Shown piece after piece: positions 39,898-49,784 of a stretch of DNA of 64,000 bases. Each line of letters starts with the position of its first letter. Within the stretch, counting starts at the first letter, position 1. The position numbers and the translations under genes were made by a program. The DNA is taken from contig PNAE01000004.1 of the NCBI GenBank assembly GCA_003169895.1, positions 297,186 through 361,185 on the forward strand. The letters run 5' to 3'. Under the pieces are notes generated by a model. The model saw only the letters and a list, made by a program, of their open reading frames with translations. It was not told the origin of the DNA and made no database searches. Source of the stretch: Gemmatimonadota bacterium (lineage in GTDB: Bacteria; Gemmatimonadota; Gemmatimonadetes; Gemmatimonadales; GWC2-71-9).

Positions 39898-41021
39898 AGA
39901 TCGGCATCACTTGCTATCCGACCTACGGTGGCTCGGGAGCCGTCGCGACCGAGCTGGGACTTGATCTCGCGCGGCGCGGCCACGAGGTGCATTTCATCAC
40001 CTACCAGTCGCCGTTCCGGCTCCGCGGCTATGCCAAGCGCGTCTTCTTCCATGAAGTCGACACGACGATAAGCCGCTATCCCCTGTTCGACCACTATCCC
40101 TACGAGTTGGCGCTGGCATCGCGGCAGTACGAGGTCGCGATGCAGGAGCGCCTGGACCTGCTGCACGTGCACTACGCCATCCCGCACGCGACCGCCGCCT
40201 ATCTCGCGCGCGAGATGCTGCGGCAGACCTATCCGATCAAGGTGATCACCACGCTCCATGGTACCGATATCACGCTGGTCGGCCAGGAGGCGTCGTTCTA
40301 CGCGATTTCCCGGTTCTCGATCGAGCAGTCCGATGGCGTCACCGCGGTATCGAAATTCCTGCGGGACGAGACCTACCGGGCGTTTGGCTGCGTGCAATGT
40401 GAACTGGCGGTCATTCCGAACTTCGTCAACCTCGCTGACTATCGCCCGGGCGTGGCCACCGCGCGCGACTCGCTGGTCCCCCCCGACCACAAGCTGCTGG
40501 TGCACGTCTCGAACTTCCGGGAGGTCAAGCGGGTCAAGGATGTGGTGCGGATCTTCGCCCGACTGCGCCGCGCGATGCCGGCGACGCTGATGCTGGTCGG
40601 GGACGGCCCCGAACGGGTGGACGTCGAACAGGAGGCGCGCGATCTCGGCGCGGCGGATGACGTGCACTTCCTGGGGCGCATCGACAGCGCCGCACCGTTG
40701 CTCGCCGCCGCCGACCTGTTCGTGCTGCCGTCGCAGTCGGAGTCGTTCGGGCTGGCGGCGCTCGAGGCCATGGCGTGCGGCACGCCGGTGCTCGCCACTC
40801 GGGTCGCGGGTCTCCCGGAACTGATTACCGACGACGTCGAAGGCCTGCTCGAACCAGTGGGTTCGGTCGAGGCCATGGCGCGCCGCGCGATCGATCTGCT
40901 CAGGGATCCGGTGCGGCATGCGCGGATGCGTGAAGCGGCGCTGGCGCGTGCGGCACAGTTTTCGACCGACGTCGTCGTGCCCCAGTATGAGGCCTACTAT
41001 GACCGAGTGATGGCCCGGTGA
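39894..41021 (+). CDS. bshA: N-acetyl-alpha-D-glucosaminyl L-malate synthase BshA (GT4)
   Basis: MKIGITCYPTYGGSGAVATELG N-terminus and the C-terminal GT4 EX7E region (SESFGLAALEAMACGTPV). ATGA overlap with miaA. Confidence 0.8.
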   Translation: MKIGITCYPTYGGSGAVATELGLDLARRGHEVHFITYQSPFRLRGYAKRVFFHEVDTTISRYPLFDHYPYELALASRQYEVAMQERLDLLHVHYAIPHATAAYLAREMLRQTYPIKVITTLHGTDITLVGQEASFYAISRFSIEQSDGVTAVSKFLRDETYRAFGCVQCELAVIPNFVNLADYRPGVATARDSLVPPDHKLLVHVSNFREVKRVKDVVRIFARLRRAMPATLMLVGDGPERVDVEQEARDLGAADDVHFLGRIDSAAPLLAAADLFVLPSQSESFGLAALEAMACGTPVLATRVAGLPELITDDVEGLLEPVGSVEAMARRAIDLLRDPVRHARMREAALARAAQFSTDVVVPQYEAYYDRVMAR

Positions 41022-41845
41022 TGCTTGTCGCTCCGCTCTTGGTCGCGGTCATCCTTGGCCTGGTCGAGGGGATCACCGAGTTCCTGCCCGTATCGTCCAC
41101 CGGCCACTTGATCGTGGCGGGATCGCTGCTCGGGTTCTCCGGCCCACGCGCTGCCACATTCGAGATCGTGATCCAGGTCGGCGCAATTCTCGCCGTGATC
41201 TGGCACTACCGGGTTGTGCTCGCCGACCTGATGGGCCGCTTCTTCACCGCCGACGCGGAGCGCCGGCTGGGAGGCAACCTCGCGCTGGCGTTCTTGCCGG
41301 CGGCCCTGGTCGGACTCGTGCTGCACGGCTGGATCAAGGCGCATTTGTTTACGCCGGTCACGGTCGCGGCGGCGTTCATCGGCGGTGGCATCGTGATTTT
41401 TCTCATCGAACGGCTGCGGCCGACCAGCGTCACCGTCGAGGCTCGCGCCATTTCCCGGCGACAGGCATTCGGGATCGGCTGTGCGCAGGTGCTCGCGCTC
41501 ATTCCCGGAACCTCGCGTTCCGCCGCCACGATTCTCGGCGGCTACACGCTGGGCTTGTCCCGGCCGGCGGCCACCGAGTTTTCGTTCCTGCTGGCGATTC
41601 CGACGTTACTCGCGGCGGCGGGCTATGACATCTTCAAGAGCCGCCACCTGTTTACCGCGGCCGATGTGCCGATGTTTGTCGTCGGCACCGCCGTTGCATT
41701 CGTATCCGCGCTGCTCGTCATTCGTGGTTTTCTGCGCTATGTCCAACGCCATACGTTCAACGTCTTCGCCTGGTATCGCATTGGCTTCGGGCTGTTGCTC
41801 CTCGCGCTGGCTGCCTTGCACCTGCTGCGGTCGGATGCCGCCTGA
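41018..41845 (+). CDS. uppP: undecaprenyl-diphosphate phosphatase
   Basis: VEGITEFLPVSSTGHL and IPGTSRSAATI motifs. ~8 TM helices. Confidence 0.9.
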   Translation: MMLVAPLLVAVILGLVEGITEFLPVSSTGHLIVAGSLLGFSGPRAATFEIVIQVGAILAVIWHYRVVLADLMGRFFTADAERRLGGNLALAFLPAALVGLVLHGWIKAHLFTPVTVAAAFIGGGIVIFLIERLRPTSVTVEARAISRRQAFGIGCAQVLALIPGTSRSAATILGGYTLGLSRPAATEFSFLLAIPTLLAAAGYDIFKSRHLFTAADVPMFVVGTAVAFVSALLVIRGFLRYVQRHTFNVFAWYRIGFGLLLLALAALHLLRSDAA

Positions 41846-42545
41846 ACTGATCCGCGTCGCGGAACTTCCCAGCACGATGGAAGCCGCCCATGCGCTGGCG
41901 CAGGATGGCGCCGCACACGGTACGGCGGTCGTGGCCGCCCGCCAGACGCTGGGGCGCGGCACTCGCGGCCGCACGTGGTCGTCGGAGTTGGGCGGCTTGT
42001 GGCTGTCGGTGATCGCGCGCCCGTCCCGGACCGACGCCCTCGAGGCGCTGTCGCTGCGGGTGGGACTCGCCACCGCCGCCATGCTCGAGATGGCCTGCCC
42101 GGCGCTTCCCCGGCTCGGACTCAAGTGGCCGAACGACCTGCTGGTCGACGGACGCAAACTCGCCGGGATCCTGTGCGATGCCCGCTGGGGCGGCGGACAA
42201 TGTCAGTGGGTGGTCGTCGGGCTGGGCATCAACGTGCGCAACCCGATTCCCAGCGCGCTGCAGCACCTCGCGATCGGAATCGGAACGTGGGACCCGGCGG
42301 CCGACCCCGCAACGCTCGCCGCCCCGGTCGCCGCCGCGGTCGCCCTCGCCGCCCGCGAGGCCGGCCCGCTGACCGCATCGGAGTTGCGTGCCTACGCCGT
42401 GCGCGATGTGCTGGCTGGCGCGCGAGTCAGCGAGCCCGTGCCGGGCACGGCGCAAGGCGTTACCGCCGAAGGTGCGCTCCGCGTCCGCACCGACACCGGG
42501 CCGATGCGTGAGGTGCTCGGCGGGGTGGTGGCGCTGCCGCTGTGA
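41835..42545 (+). CDS. birA: biotin--[acetyl-CoA-carboxylase] ligase (group I, no HTH)
   Basis: ARQTLGRGTRGRTWSS (GRGRxGRxW-type motif) and KWPNDLLVDGRKLAGIL. ATG 41835 overlaps the uppP end. Confidence 0.8.
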   Translation: MPPELIRVAELPSTMEAAHALAQDGAAHGTAVVAARQTLGRGTRGRTWSSELGGLWLSVIARPSRTDALEALSLRVGLATAAMLEMACPALPRLGLKWPNDLLVDGRKLAGILCDARWGGGQCQWVVVGLGINVRNPIPSALQHLAIGIGTWDPAADPATLAAPVAAAVALAAREAGPLTASELRAYAVRDVLAGARVSEPVPGTAQGVTAEGALRVRTDTGPMREVLGGVVALPL

Positions 42546-42561
42546 CGCGAGATTCCTTGTG

Positions 42562-43341
42562 ATGCTTCTCGCACTCGATGTCGGCAACTCCGAGGTTACC
42601 GCCGGACTGTTCCTCGGCGCGGAACTGCTGGTGCGCTGGCGGCTGACGACGATCGTCGATCGTACACCCGACGAGTGGGCCGTCGCCCTCGAGTCGTTTG
42701 TGTTGCGCGCCGGCCACGCGCCCGCGGAAATTACCGGCTGCTGCGTCGCCTCCGTCGTGCCGGGAGTAACGCAAGCGCTCATTCCGGCGCTGCACCTCGT
42801 GTTCGGCGGGCGGATTGGCGTGGTCGACAGCCAGGTCGGACTGCCGCTGTACCTCGACGTCGACGAGCCCCTTGCGGTCGGTGCGGACCGGATTGCCCTC
42901 GCCCTCGGTGCCCTCGCGCTGTATCCCGGCGACAGTATCGTCGTGGGATTCGGGACGGCAACGACGTTCAACTGTGTGACAGCGGATCGCCGTTTCATTG
43001 GAGGATCGATCATGCCAGGCGTGCGCACGTCCGCCGATCAGCTGATTCGCAGCGCGGCCAAGCTCACGGCGACCGACCTGGTGCCGCCGGCGCACGCCAT
43101 CGGCCGGACCACGGAGGACAATGTCCGCGGTGGTATCCTGTTCGGGGCCGCCGACGCCGTCGATGGCATGATCCGGCGCATCTTCGCCGAGTGGCCGGGT
43201 ACTGCGCGGCCACAGGTCGTTGCCACCGGCGGGCTCGCCATGCTCATTGCACCGCTGACGGTGTCCATCACGGTCGTCAACCCCGACCTCACGCTCCATG
43301 GCCTTCGCGTTGCCGCCGAGTCATTGCAGTTGCGCCAATGA
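42562..43341 (+). CDS. coaX: type III pantothenate kinase
   Basis: MLLALDVGNSEVTAGLF, VGFGTATTFNCV and VVATGGLA motifs. Confidence 0.88.
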   Translation: MLLALDVGNSEVTAGLFLGAELLVRWRLTTIVDRTPDEWAVALESFVLRAGHAPAEITGCCVASVVPGVTQALIPALHLVFGGRIGVVDSQVGLPLYLDVDEPLAVGADRIALALGALALYPGDSIVVGFGTATTFNCVTADRRFIGGSIMPGVRTSADQLIRSAAKLTATDLVPPAHAIGRTTEDNVRGGILFGAADAVDGMIRRIFAEWPGTARPQVVATGGLAMLIAPLTVSITVVNPDLTLHGLRVAAESLQLRQ

Positions 43342-44231
43342 GGGACGTCACCGCGGCCCGGCGCCGGACCAGTATCCGGGCGTACCTGCTGCACCTCCGG
43401 CCCGCCGAGTGGCCGGTGATGGCGGCGCACACGCTGCTCGGATGGTTGCTTGCCGCCGGGCTCCGCGCCCCCGATAGCCGTGGCTGGCTCGGCATCGCCG
43501 CGTGGGTCGTGCTGCTCAATGGGGGCACGCTGGCGCTCAATTCCGCGTTCGACCGCGATGCGGGCGACATCGCGTTCCTCCGCCACCCGCCGCGACCGCC
43601 GCGCAATCTGGCCGTCTTCGCGGCCGGCCTGATGGTGCTTGGCCTGGCGCTGACATGGCAGCTCCCGCCGACGTATCGCACACTGTACATCGTGTGCGCC
43701 CTGATGTCGGTCGCATACTCGGTACCGCCGCTGCGCCTCAAGTCGGTGGCGGGCATGGACTGGGTCATCAACATGGTCGGCTTTGGCACACTGACGCCAT
43801 ACGCGGCCTGGGCGATCACCGGACGGCCGTTGCAGGGGCCGCTCGCCGCGGTGCTCTGGGCATTCACGCCGTTGTTTGCCGCACTCTATCCGCTGACGCA
43901 ACTGTATCAGATGGACGATGACCGTGCGCGCGGCGATCGCACGTTCGCACTCCGCCTGGGAACGCGCAACAGCCTCACGGTAGCCGTCTTCTGCACCGGC
44001 ATTGCATTCGGCATGCTGGCGATGGCGGCATGGCGGACTGGTTGGCGGAGCGCCGACTTGGCACGGTGGGCCGTACTCGCCGTGGCCGCAGCGTCCTGGG
44101 CGGTGGTGCTCTTGCCGTGGTACAGCCACGCCCGTACCTGGTCGTCCCAGCAACACCAGCGCGCAATGTATCACGCGCTGGTTGCCTGGGCGCTCACCGA
44201 TGTGGCGGTGCTGCTCGGTTGGGCGGCCTGA
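43338..44231 (+). CDS. UbiA family prenyltransferase
   Basis: ~8 TM helices. Asp-rich motif NSAFDRDAGD and a second motif YQMDDDRARGDRT. ATGA overlap with coaX. Confidence 0.75.
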   Translation: MRDVTAARRRTSIRAYLLHLRPAEWPVMAAHTLLGWLLAAGLRAPDSRGWLGIAAWVVLLNGGTLALNSAFDRDAGDIAFLRHPPRPPRNLAVFAAGLMVLGLALTWQLPPTYRTLYIVCALMSVAYSVPPLRLKSVAGMDWVINMVGFGTLTPYAAWAITGRPLQGPLAAVLWAFTPLFAALYPLTQLYQMDDDRARGDRTFALRLGTRNSLTVAVFCTGIAFGMLAMAAWRTGWRSADLARWAVLAVAAASWAVVLLPWYSHARTWSSQQHQRAMYHALVAWALTDVAVLLGWAA

Positions 44232-44320
44232 CGACGTACGGTGCCCGCTCGGGGCCCCTTGGCCGTCATGATCCAAACCGGCTAGGTTTTTCCCGCGTTC
44301 CGCTTACCCCGGAGATCCGA

Positions 44321-44950
44321 ATGGCCACTGCGGTCCAACTCGACGCTGGATACGACAATATCGGGATCCCGCTCGTGGTGCGCGGAGCGATCACCCTGGC
44401 GGTGCTTCAGGCGCTGGCTGTCGTCATCGTGTCAGTGATCACCAAGGCACTTGGTGGCACCGTCGAGCATGCGCTCACCGGCGGCGTCGTTTTCATCGGT
44501 GCGATGGTCACCATTTTCTACCCTGGCACGTTGACTCGACCACGCACGATCGACGGCATCGCTGGCGCTGCCGGCATCGGCCTCGCCGCGACCTGGATCT
44601 TCCTGCTCATCGACGCCTTCTTGCTGCAGACATTCCACGTGTACACCAACCGCTGGCATCAGATCGGCGGCGGCTCGATCTGGTGGTATCTGCCGGTCTG
44701 GTGGATGGTGGGCACCTATCTCTCGTGGATGGGGGGCTGGATTCTGGCGCACCAGGCCAACAAGTCCGGTAGCGCTTCCGTCCCCGCCGCCGTGGTGCTG
44801 GTCAGTGTCACCTCCGCGATCTGCGGTGTCGTCGCCATCCTGACCCATTTCCCGGGCGCGAGCTGGAATGTGCCCACCTTCGCGGTCGCGATGCTGCCGG
44901 GCCTCGCGCTGGCGAACATCGTCGGCGCGCTGGGCACCCGGCGCAGCTGA
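44321..44950 (+). CDS. hypothetical integral membrane protein
   Basis: 209 aa with ~6 predicted TM helices. No recognisable family. Confidence 0.5.
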   Translation: MATAVQLDAGYDNIGIPLVVRGAITLAVLQALAVVIVSVITKALGGTVEHALTGGVVFIGAMVTIFYPGTLTRPRTIDGIAGAAGIGLAATWIFLLIDAFLLQTFHVYTNRWHQIGGGSIWWYLPVWWMVGTYLSWMGGWILAHQANKSGSASVPAAVVLVSVTSAICGVVAILTHFPGASWNVPTFAVAMLPGLALANIVGALGTRRS

Positions 44951-44960
44951 AGGCGTCACG

Positions 44961-45281
44961 ATGCCACGCCGCGCCGCGCGGCTGCTGTTCCGCTTCGCGG
45001 GCTGGCTGCTCACACCATTCGTCCTCATCTGCGCCGCCGGGATCGGTGCGACCATCGGGTTGGTCGTCGCGCCGCGTCTCTCGCCCAACGGGGGCCTCGC
45101 TGTGACCGTTGCGCTGGCACTATGCGCGGCGATCGCCGGGCTGGTTGGCTGGGTCCGGCTCCTGCGTCACAGCCCGGAACTGCGACACACATTCGCCGTC
45201 ACGGAGGAGGGGCTCCCCGAATCGAAACTGGTCGAACATCTGACCCACCCGGACGACACGAACTCCGACGGCACTCCGTGA
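44961..45281 (+). CDS. hypothetical small membrane protein
   Basis: 106 aa with two hydrophobic helices and an acidic tail. It starts 10 nt after the upstream stop. Confidence 0.45.
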   Translation: MPRRAARLLFRFAGWLLTPFVLICAAGIGATIGLVVAPRLSPNGGLAVTVALALCAAIAGLVGWVRLLRHSPELRHTFAVTEEGLPESKLVEHLTHPDDTNSDGTP

Positions 45282-45361
45282 ACGACACCCGCGAGACGAC
45301 GGACGCTGCGGCGCGCCAGGAGCCGTTGCTGACCGGTTCCTCGCCGACGCCCGGGCCGCAC

Positions 45362-46339
45362 ATGCGTCGCGGCGCCGGGGTGGCCCGTGTCATGGCTGCC
45401 CTGCTCGTATCAGCGTTGGCCGCGTCGCGCCTCCCAGCGCAGGACGGGGTGTTTGTCACCGGCGCCCGCGTCCTCGCCGGCGCACCGACCGCAACCAGCT
45501 GGTACCTCACTCTCGAGAAGGACATCATCGGTCCCCTCGGCGTCGACGGCTCGCTGCTCGTATTGCCGGGCTCGCCACAGACTGACGGGCACCTGTACGG
45601 AGCGGAGGCGGACCTGACGCTGTTCGGTGCCGCTCGCGGCGTTCCAACACTGTTCGTCGGGGTCTCCGGCGGGATCGGCGGCGGTGAACAGGCCAAGCTC
45701 TGGGCATCGGGGTCCTTTGGTTTGCGCATGCCGTTCATCGTGCTCGGACCGGTGCGCATCATGGCCGAGGGGCGTTGGCGCAGTCTGACGATTACCGGCA
45801 GGAACGGCCTCGAGATCGGTGTTGCCGCCGGATATCGGTCGCGTCGTCATGACCTCGCGCCGCCGAAGCCGGAGAGTGCCGGGTTGTGGGTGCCACCACC
45901 CACGGCCGACATCCTGCGGGCACGCGGCATCCCCGACGCAAAAGCCCGGCTCCTCGGCAATGTGGTGAACACCGCTTTGGAGGAAATGGGACAGCCGTAT
46001 CTGTGGGGTGGCACCGGCAATGGGAGCGGCGGGTTCGACTGTTCAGGACTCATTCAATACGCGTACGGCCGCTACAACATCTCGATTCCGCGGACGTCGG
46101 TTGGCCAGGCGTCCGCCGGCATCGCAATTCGCCGTGACCCGGAAACGCTGCTGCCCGGTGACATCCTGGTGTTTTCCGATCGCGGCGACCAGCCAATGCA
46201 CGTTGGTCTTTACGTCGGCGACGGCAAGTTCATCCACAGCGCCTCGAGAGGGGTGCGCCTGAGCCGGCTGGCCGACGATGACACCGAGGGACGGCTTTGG
46301 CTGCGGCGGTGGATTGGCGTCCGGCGGATCGTCGAATAG
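45362..46339 (+). CDS. C40 family (NlpC/P60) peptidase with N-terminal beta-rich domain
   Basis: Signal peptide. Catalytic region PYLWGGTGNGSGGFDCSGLIQYAY ... HVGLYVGDGKFIHS. Confidence 0.8.
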   Translation: MRRGAGVARVMAALLVSALAASRLPAQDGVFVTGARVLAGAPTATSWYLTLEKDIIGPLGVDGSLLVLPGSPQTDGHLYGAEADLTLFGAARGVPTLFVGVSGGIGGGEQAKLWASGSFGLRMPFIVLGPVRIMAEGRWRSLTITGRNGLEIGVAAGYRSRRHDLAPPKPESAGLWVPPPTADILRARGIPDAKARLLGNVVNTALEEMGQPYLWGGTGNGSGGFDCSGLIQYAYGRYNISIPRTSVGQASAGIAIRRDPETLLPGDILVFSDRGDQPMHVGLYVGDGKFIHSASRGVRLSRLADDDTEGRLWLRRWIGVRRIVE

Positions 46340-46346
46340 CCGAAGA

Positions 46347-46427
46347 GACGAGAGACGAGAGACGAGGAGGTAACTCGACGCTGGGTCGGAGCTTCCGTCC
46401 CCGTTCTCTCGTCTCTCGTCTCTCGTC
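46347..46427. repeat. heptamer-array palindrome: (GACGAGA)2(GACGAGG)1 - 39 nt - (TCTCGTC)3
   Basis: Same heptamer as at 15153-15275. It lies exactly between two convergent stop codons (46337-46339 and 46428-46430). Confidence 0.9.
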
Positions 46428-47462
46428 CTACTTCTCCTGTTGTATCTCTCCCATCGCCACCAGTCGCGCCATGTCCTTCTGCCAATCGGCGTCGGCGGGA
46501 TCGAGCTTCGGCCATTGATCCGCGCGGTCCGGTACGTACAGCAGCGCCATGTGAATCATGGCGCCCTTGTCGATCGCCGCGCCGGTCGGATTATTGTAGC
46601 TGCCGATGAGGCGGTACGTATGTCCCTCCTGCAACCTGATGCCGTCGCCTGTGATGCCGGGCAGCAAGCGCTCGATCGAGAGTAGCTGGCCTTTTGCGTT
46701 CAGCCGCGTTGCCACCCGCACGACGTCATGCTTGCGGGCGGAATCGGTGACGTCCTGCAGGATCAGGCCGGTGCCGTAGTCATGCTCGTGTCCGCCCACG
46801 CCAATGATCCGCCCGCCGATGGGCAGCTTGAAGTCGCGGATCCACTTGCCGGGCCCGGCTGGCAGGTCGAAATCGACATCGCGTCCCACGGGGTTCATCA
46901 CGTCGAGATACACCGGCAGTACGCTCACCGGCCTGGGCACCATGTTGGTAGGGGAGTACTCGACCGTCAGCTCGACGGACACGCCCTTGATGGCCGTGGG
47001 CGTATGGTTGTGCCACGCCACGATTACCGCCATCGGCATGCCGGCGGATACCGGAATCCCGACGGTCGCCGGCACCCGGATATCCTCGGTTTCCTCGCCG
47101 AGCGCGAGCATGCGCTCGGGAATCGCATAGAACAGCTGGCGGCGGCCGAAGTTGATGACGTTGATGTGGTGCACGAGGCGCCGGGACAACAGCTTGCCCG
47201 ACTCGTCGGAAATCCGCAGGCGCACGCCGCGCACCCAGCCGGTCACCGGCCAGGTGAAGCGCAACAGCGACGACATGTCCATCTGCATCATGCCCATCGG
47301 CATGCCGGGCATGTCTGCCATGCCGGGGGCAAGGTCGTAGCTCCCCGCCCGGAGGACGACGGTGTGCCGGGCCGAATCGACCCGCACCTGCAGGCCATGT
47401 TCCTTGGGAGCCAGCGGCTTGACCGGTCCGGCAATCGCGAGCAATAGCGGCAGAACGAGCAT
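46428..47462 (-). CDS. hypothetical exported protein, Met-rich motif plus His/Met pattern resembling copper type II (PHM/DBH-like) monooxygenases
   Basis: 344 aa counted from ATG 47462 (leader MLVLPLLLAIAGP). MADMPGMPMGMMQMDM at residues 48-63, HH 98-99, WHNH 150-153, HEHDYG 225-230 and MIHM 302-305. The functional assignment is inference only. Confidence 0.6.
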   Translation of the reverse strand: MLVLPLLLAIAGPVKPLAPKEHGLQVRVDSARHTVVLRAGSYDLAPGMADMPGMPMGMMQMDMSSLLRFTWPVTGWVRGVRLRISDESGKLLSRRLVHHINVINFGRRQLFYAIPERMLALGEETEDIRVPATVGIPVSAGMPMAVIVAWHNHTPTAIKGVSVELTVEYSPTNMVPRPVSVLPVYLDVMNPVGRDVDFDLPAGPGKWIRDFKLPIGGRIIGVGGHEHDYGTGLILQDVTDSARKHDVVRVATRLNAKGQLLSIERLLPGITGDGIRLQEGHTYRLIGSYNNPTGAAIDKGAMIHMALLYVPDRADQWPKLDPADADWQKDMARLVAMGEIQQEK

Positions 47463-47565
47463 CGACTCCTCGTACAGTGAAGGGACAGTCTGCGGTCGGC
47501 CGACAATATACCCACCCCGCGTCGGACGCCTTGACAGCCTCGAATCGCCGACTACGTTTTCCCCG

Positions 47566-47592
47566 GTGGCAGTCAAGGTAGCAGACTGCCAA
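47566..47592 (+). promoter_or_regulatory. CIRCE-like inverted repeat GTGGCAGTC-N9-GACTGCCAA upstream of groES
   Basis: 9-nt spacer geometry identical to CIRCE (TTAGCACTC-N9-GAGTGCTAA). 13/18 positions match, and two of the differences are compensatory pairs. It ends 53 nt upstream of the groES ATG. Confidence 0.5.
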
Positions 47593-47644
47593 AGTATTGT
47601 TAGATGGTCACTTACCGCACACCGTTCAAGTTGGAGGTTGGGAC

Positions 47645-47953
47645 ATGGCTGGCGCCAGCAAGAGCAAGCACAAGATCGCCCCGCTCGAGGATCGCGTTGT
47701 GATTCTGCCGACCGACGAGGCCGAATCGATGCGTGGGGGCCTCTACATCCCGGACACCGCCAAGGAGAAGCCGACCCAGGGCGAGGTCATCGCTGTTGGT
47801 CCGGGCCGGTTCGAAAAGGGCGCCCGGGTACCGGTCGACCTCAAGGTCGGCGACAAGGTGATTTACGGGAAGTACAGCGGCACACCGTACACGATCGACG
47901 GCGATGAGGTCATGATCATCAAGGCCTCCGACGTCCTCGCCAAGCTCGGTTGA
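47645..47953 (+). CDS. groES: co-chaperonin GroES
   Basis: IAPLEDRVVILPTDEAES...GGLYIPDTAKEKPTQGEVIAVGPG. GGAGG lies 7 nt upstream of ATG 47645. Confidence 0.93.
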   Translation: MAGASKSKHKIAPLEDRVVILPTDEAESMRGGLYIPDTAKEKPTQGEVIAVGPGRFEKGARVPVDLKVGDKVIYGKYSGTPYTIDGDEVMIIKASDVLAKLG

Positions 47954-49640
<1,687 letters not shown>

Positions 49641-49646
49641 TCCTGA

Positions 49647-49671
49647 GGGCTGCTGCTGTTAGCAGCAGCCC
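49647..49671 (+). terminator. GC-rich hairpin GGGCTGCTGCT-GTT-AGCAGCAGCCC downstream of groEL
   Basis: Perfect 11-bp stem 26 nt after the groEL stop. No U-tract follows. Confidence 0.55.
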
Positions 49672-49692
49672 GAAGGATCGCCCGCAATGCGT

Positions 49693-49720
49693 ACGGGCGC
49701 CCCCTCATCGGGGCGCCCGT
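49693..49720 (+). terminator. second GC-rich hairpin ACGGGCGCCCC-CTCATC-GGGGCGCCCGT
   Basis: Perfect 11-bp stem with a 6-nt loop. No U-tract follows. Confidence 0.5.
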
Positions 49721-49784
49721 GTCGCGTTCGGCCTCCCCGTGTTTTCTTTCCCGCTCGCCTCCACACCGATCGGGAGCCCTCCAG

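Noticed and set aside
47531-47536. A perfect TTGACA hexamer upstream of groES, considered as a sigma-70 -35 box or as a sigma-32-type promoter.
   Set aside because: No acceptable -10 element lies at 16-18 nt (the sequence there is ACGTTT). The CCCC at 47561 is 24 nt away, too far for a sigma-32 -10. It is mentioned only as context for the CIRCE-like repeat.
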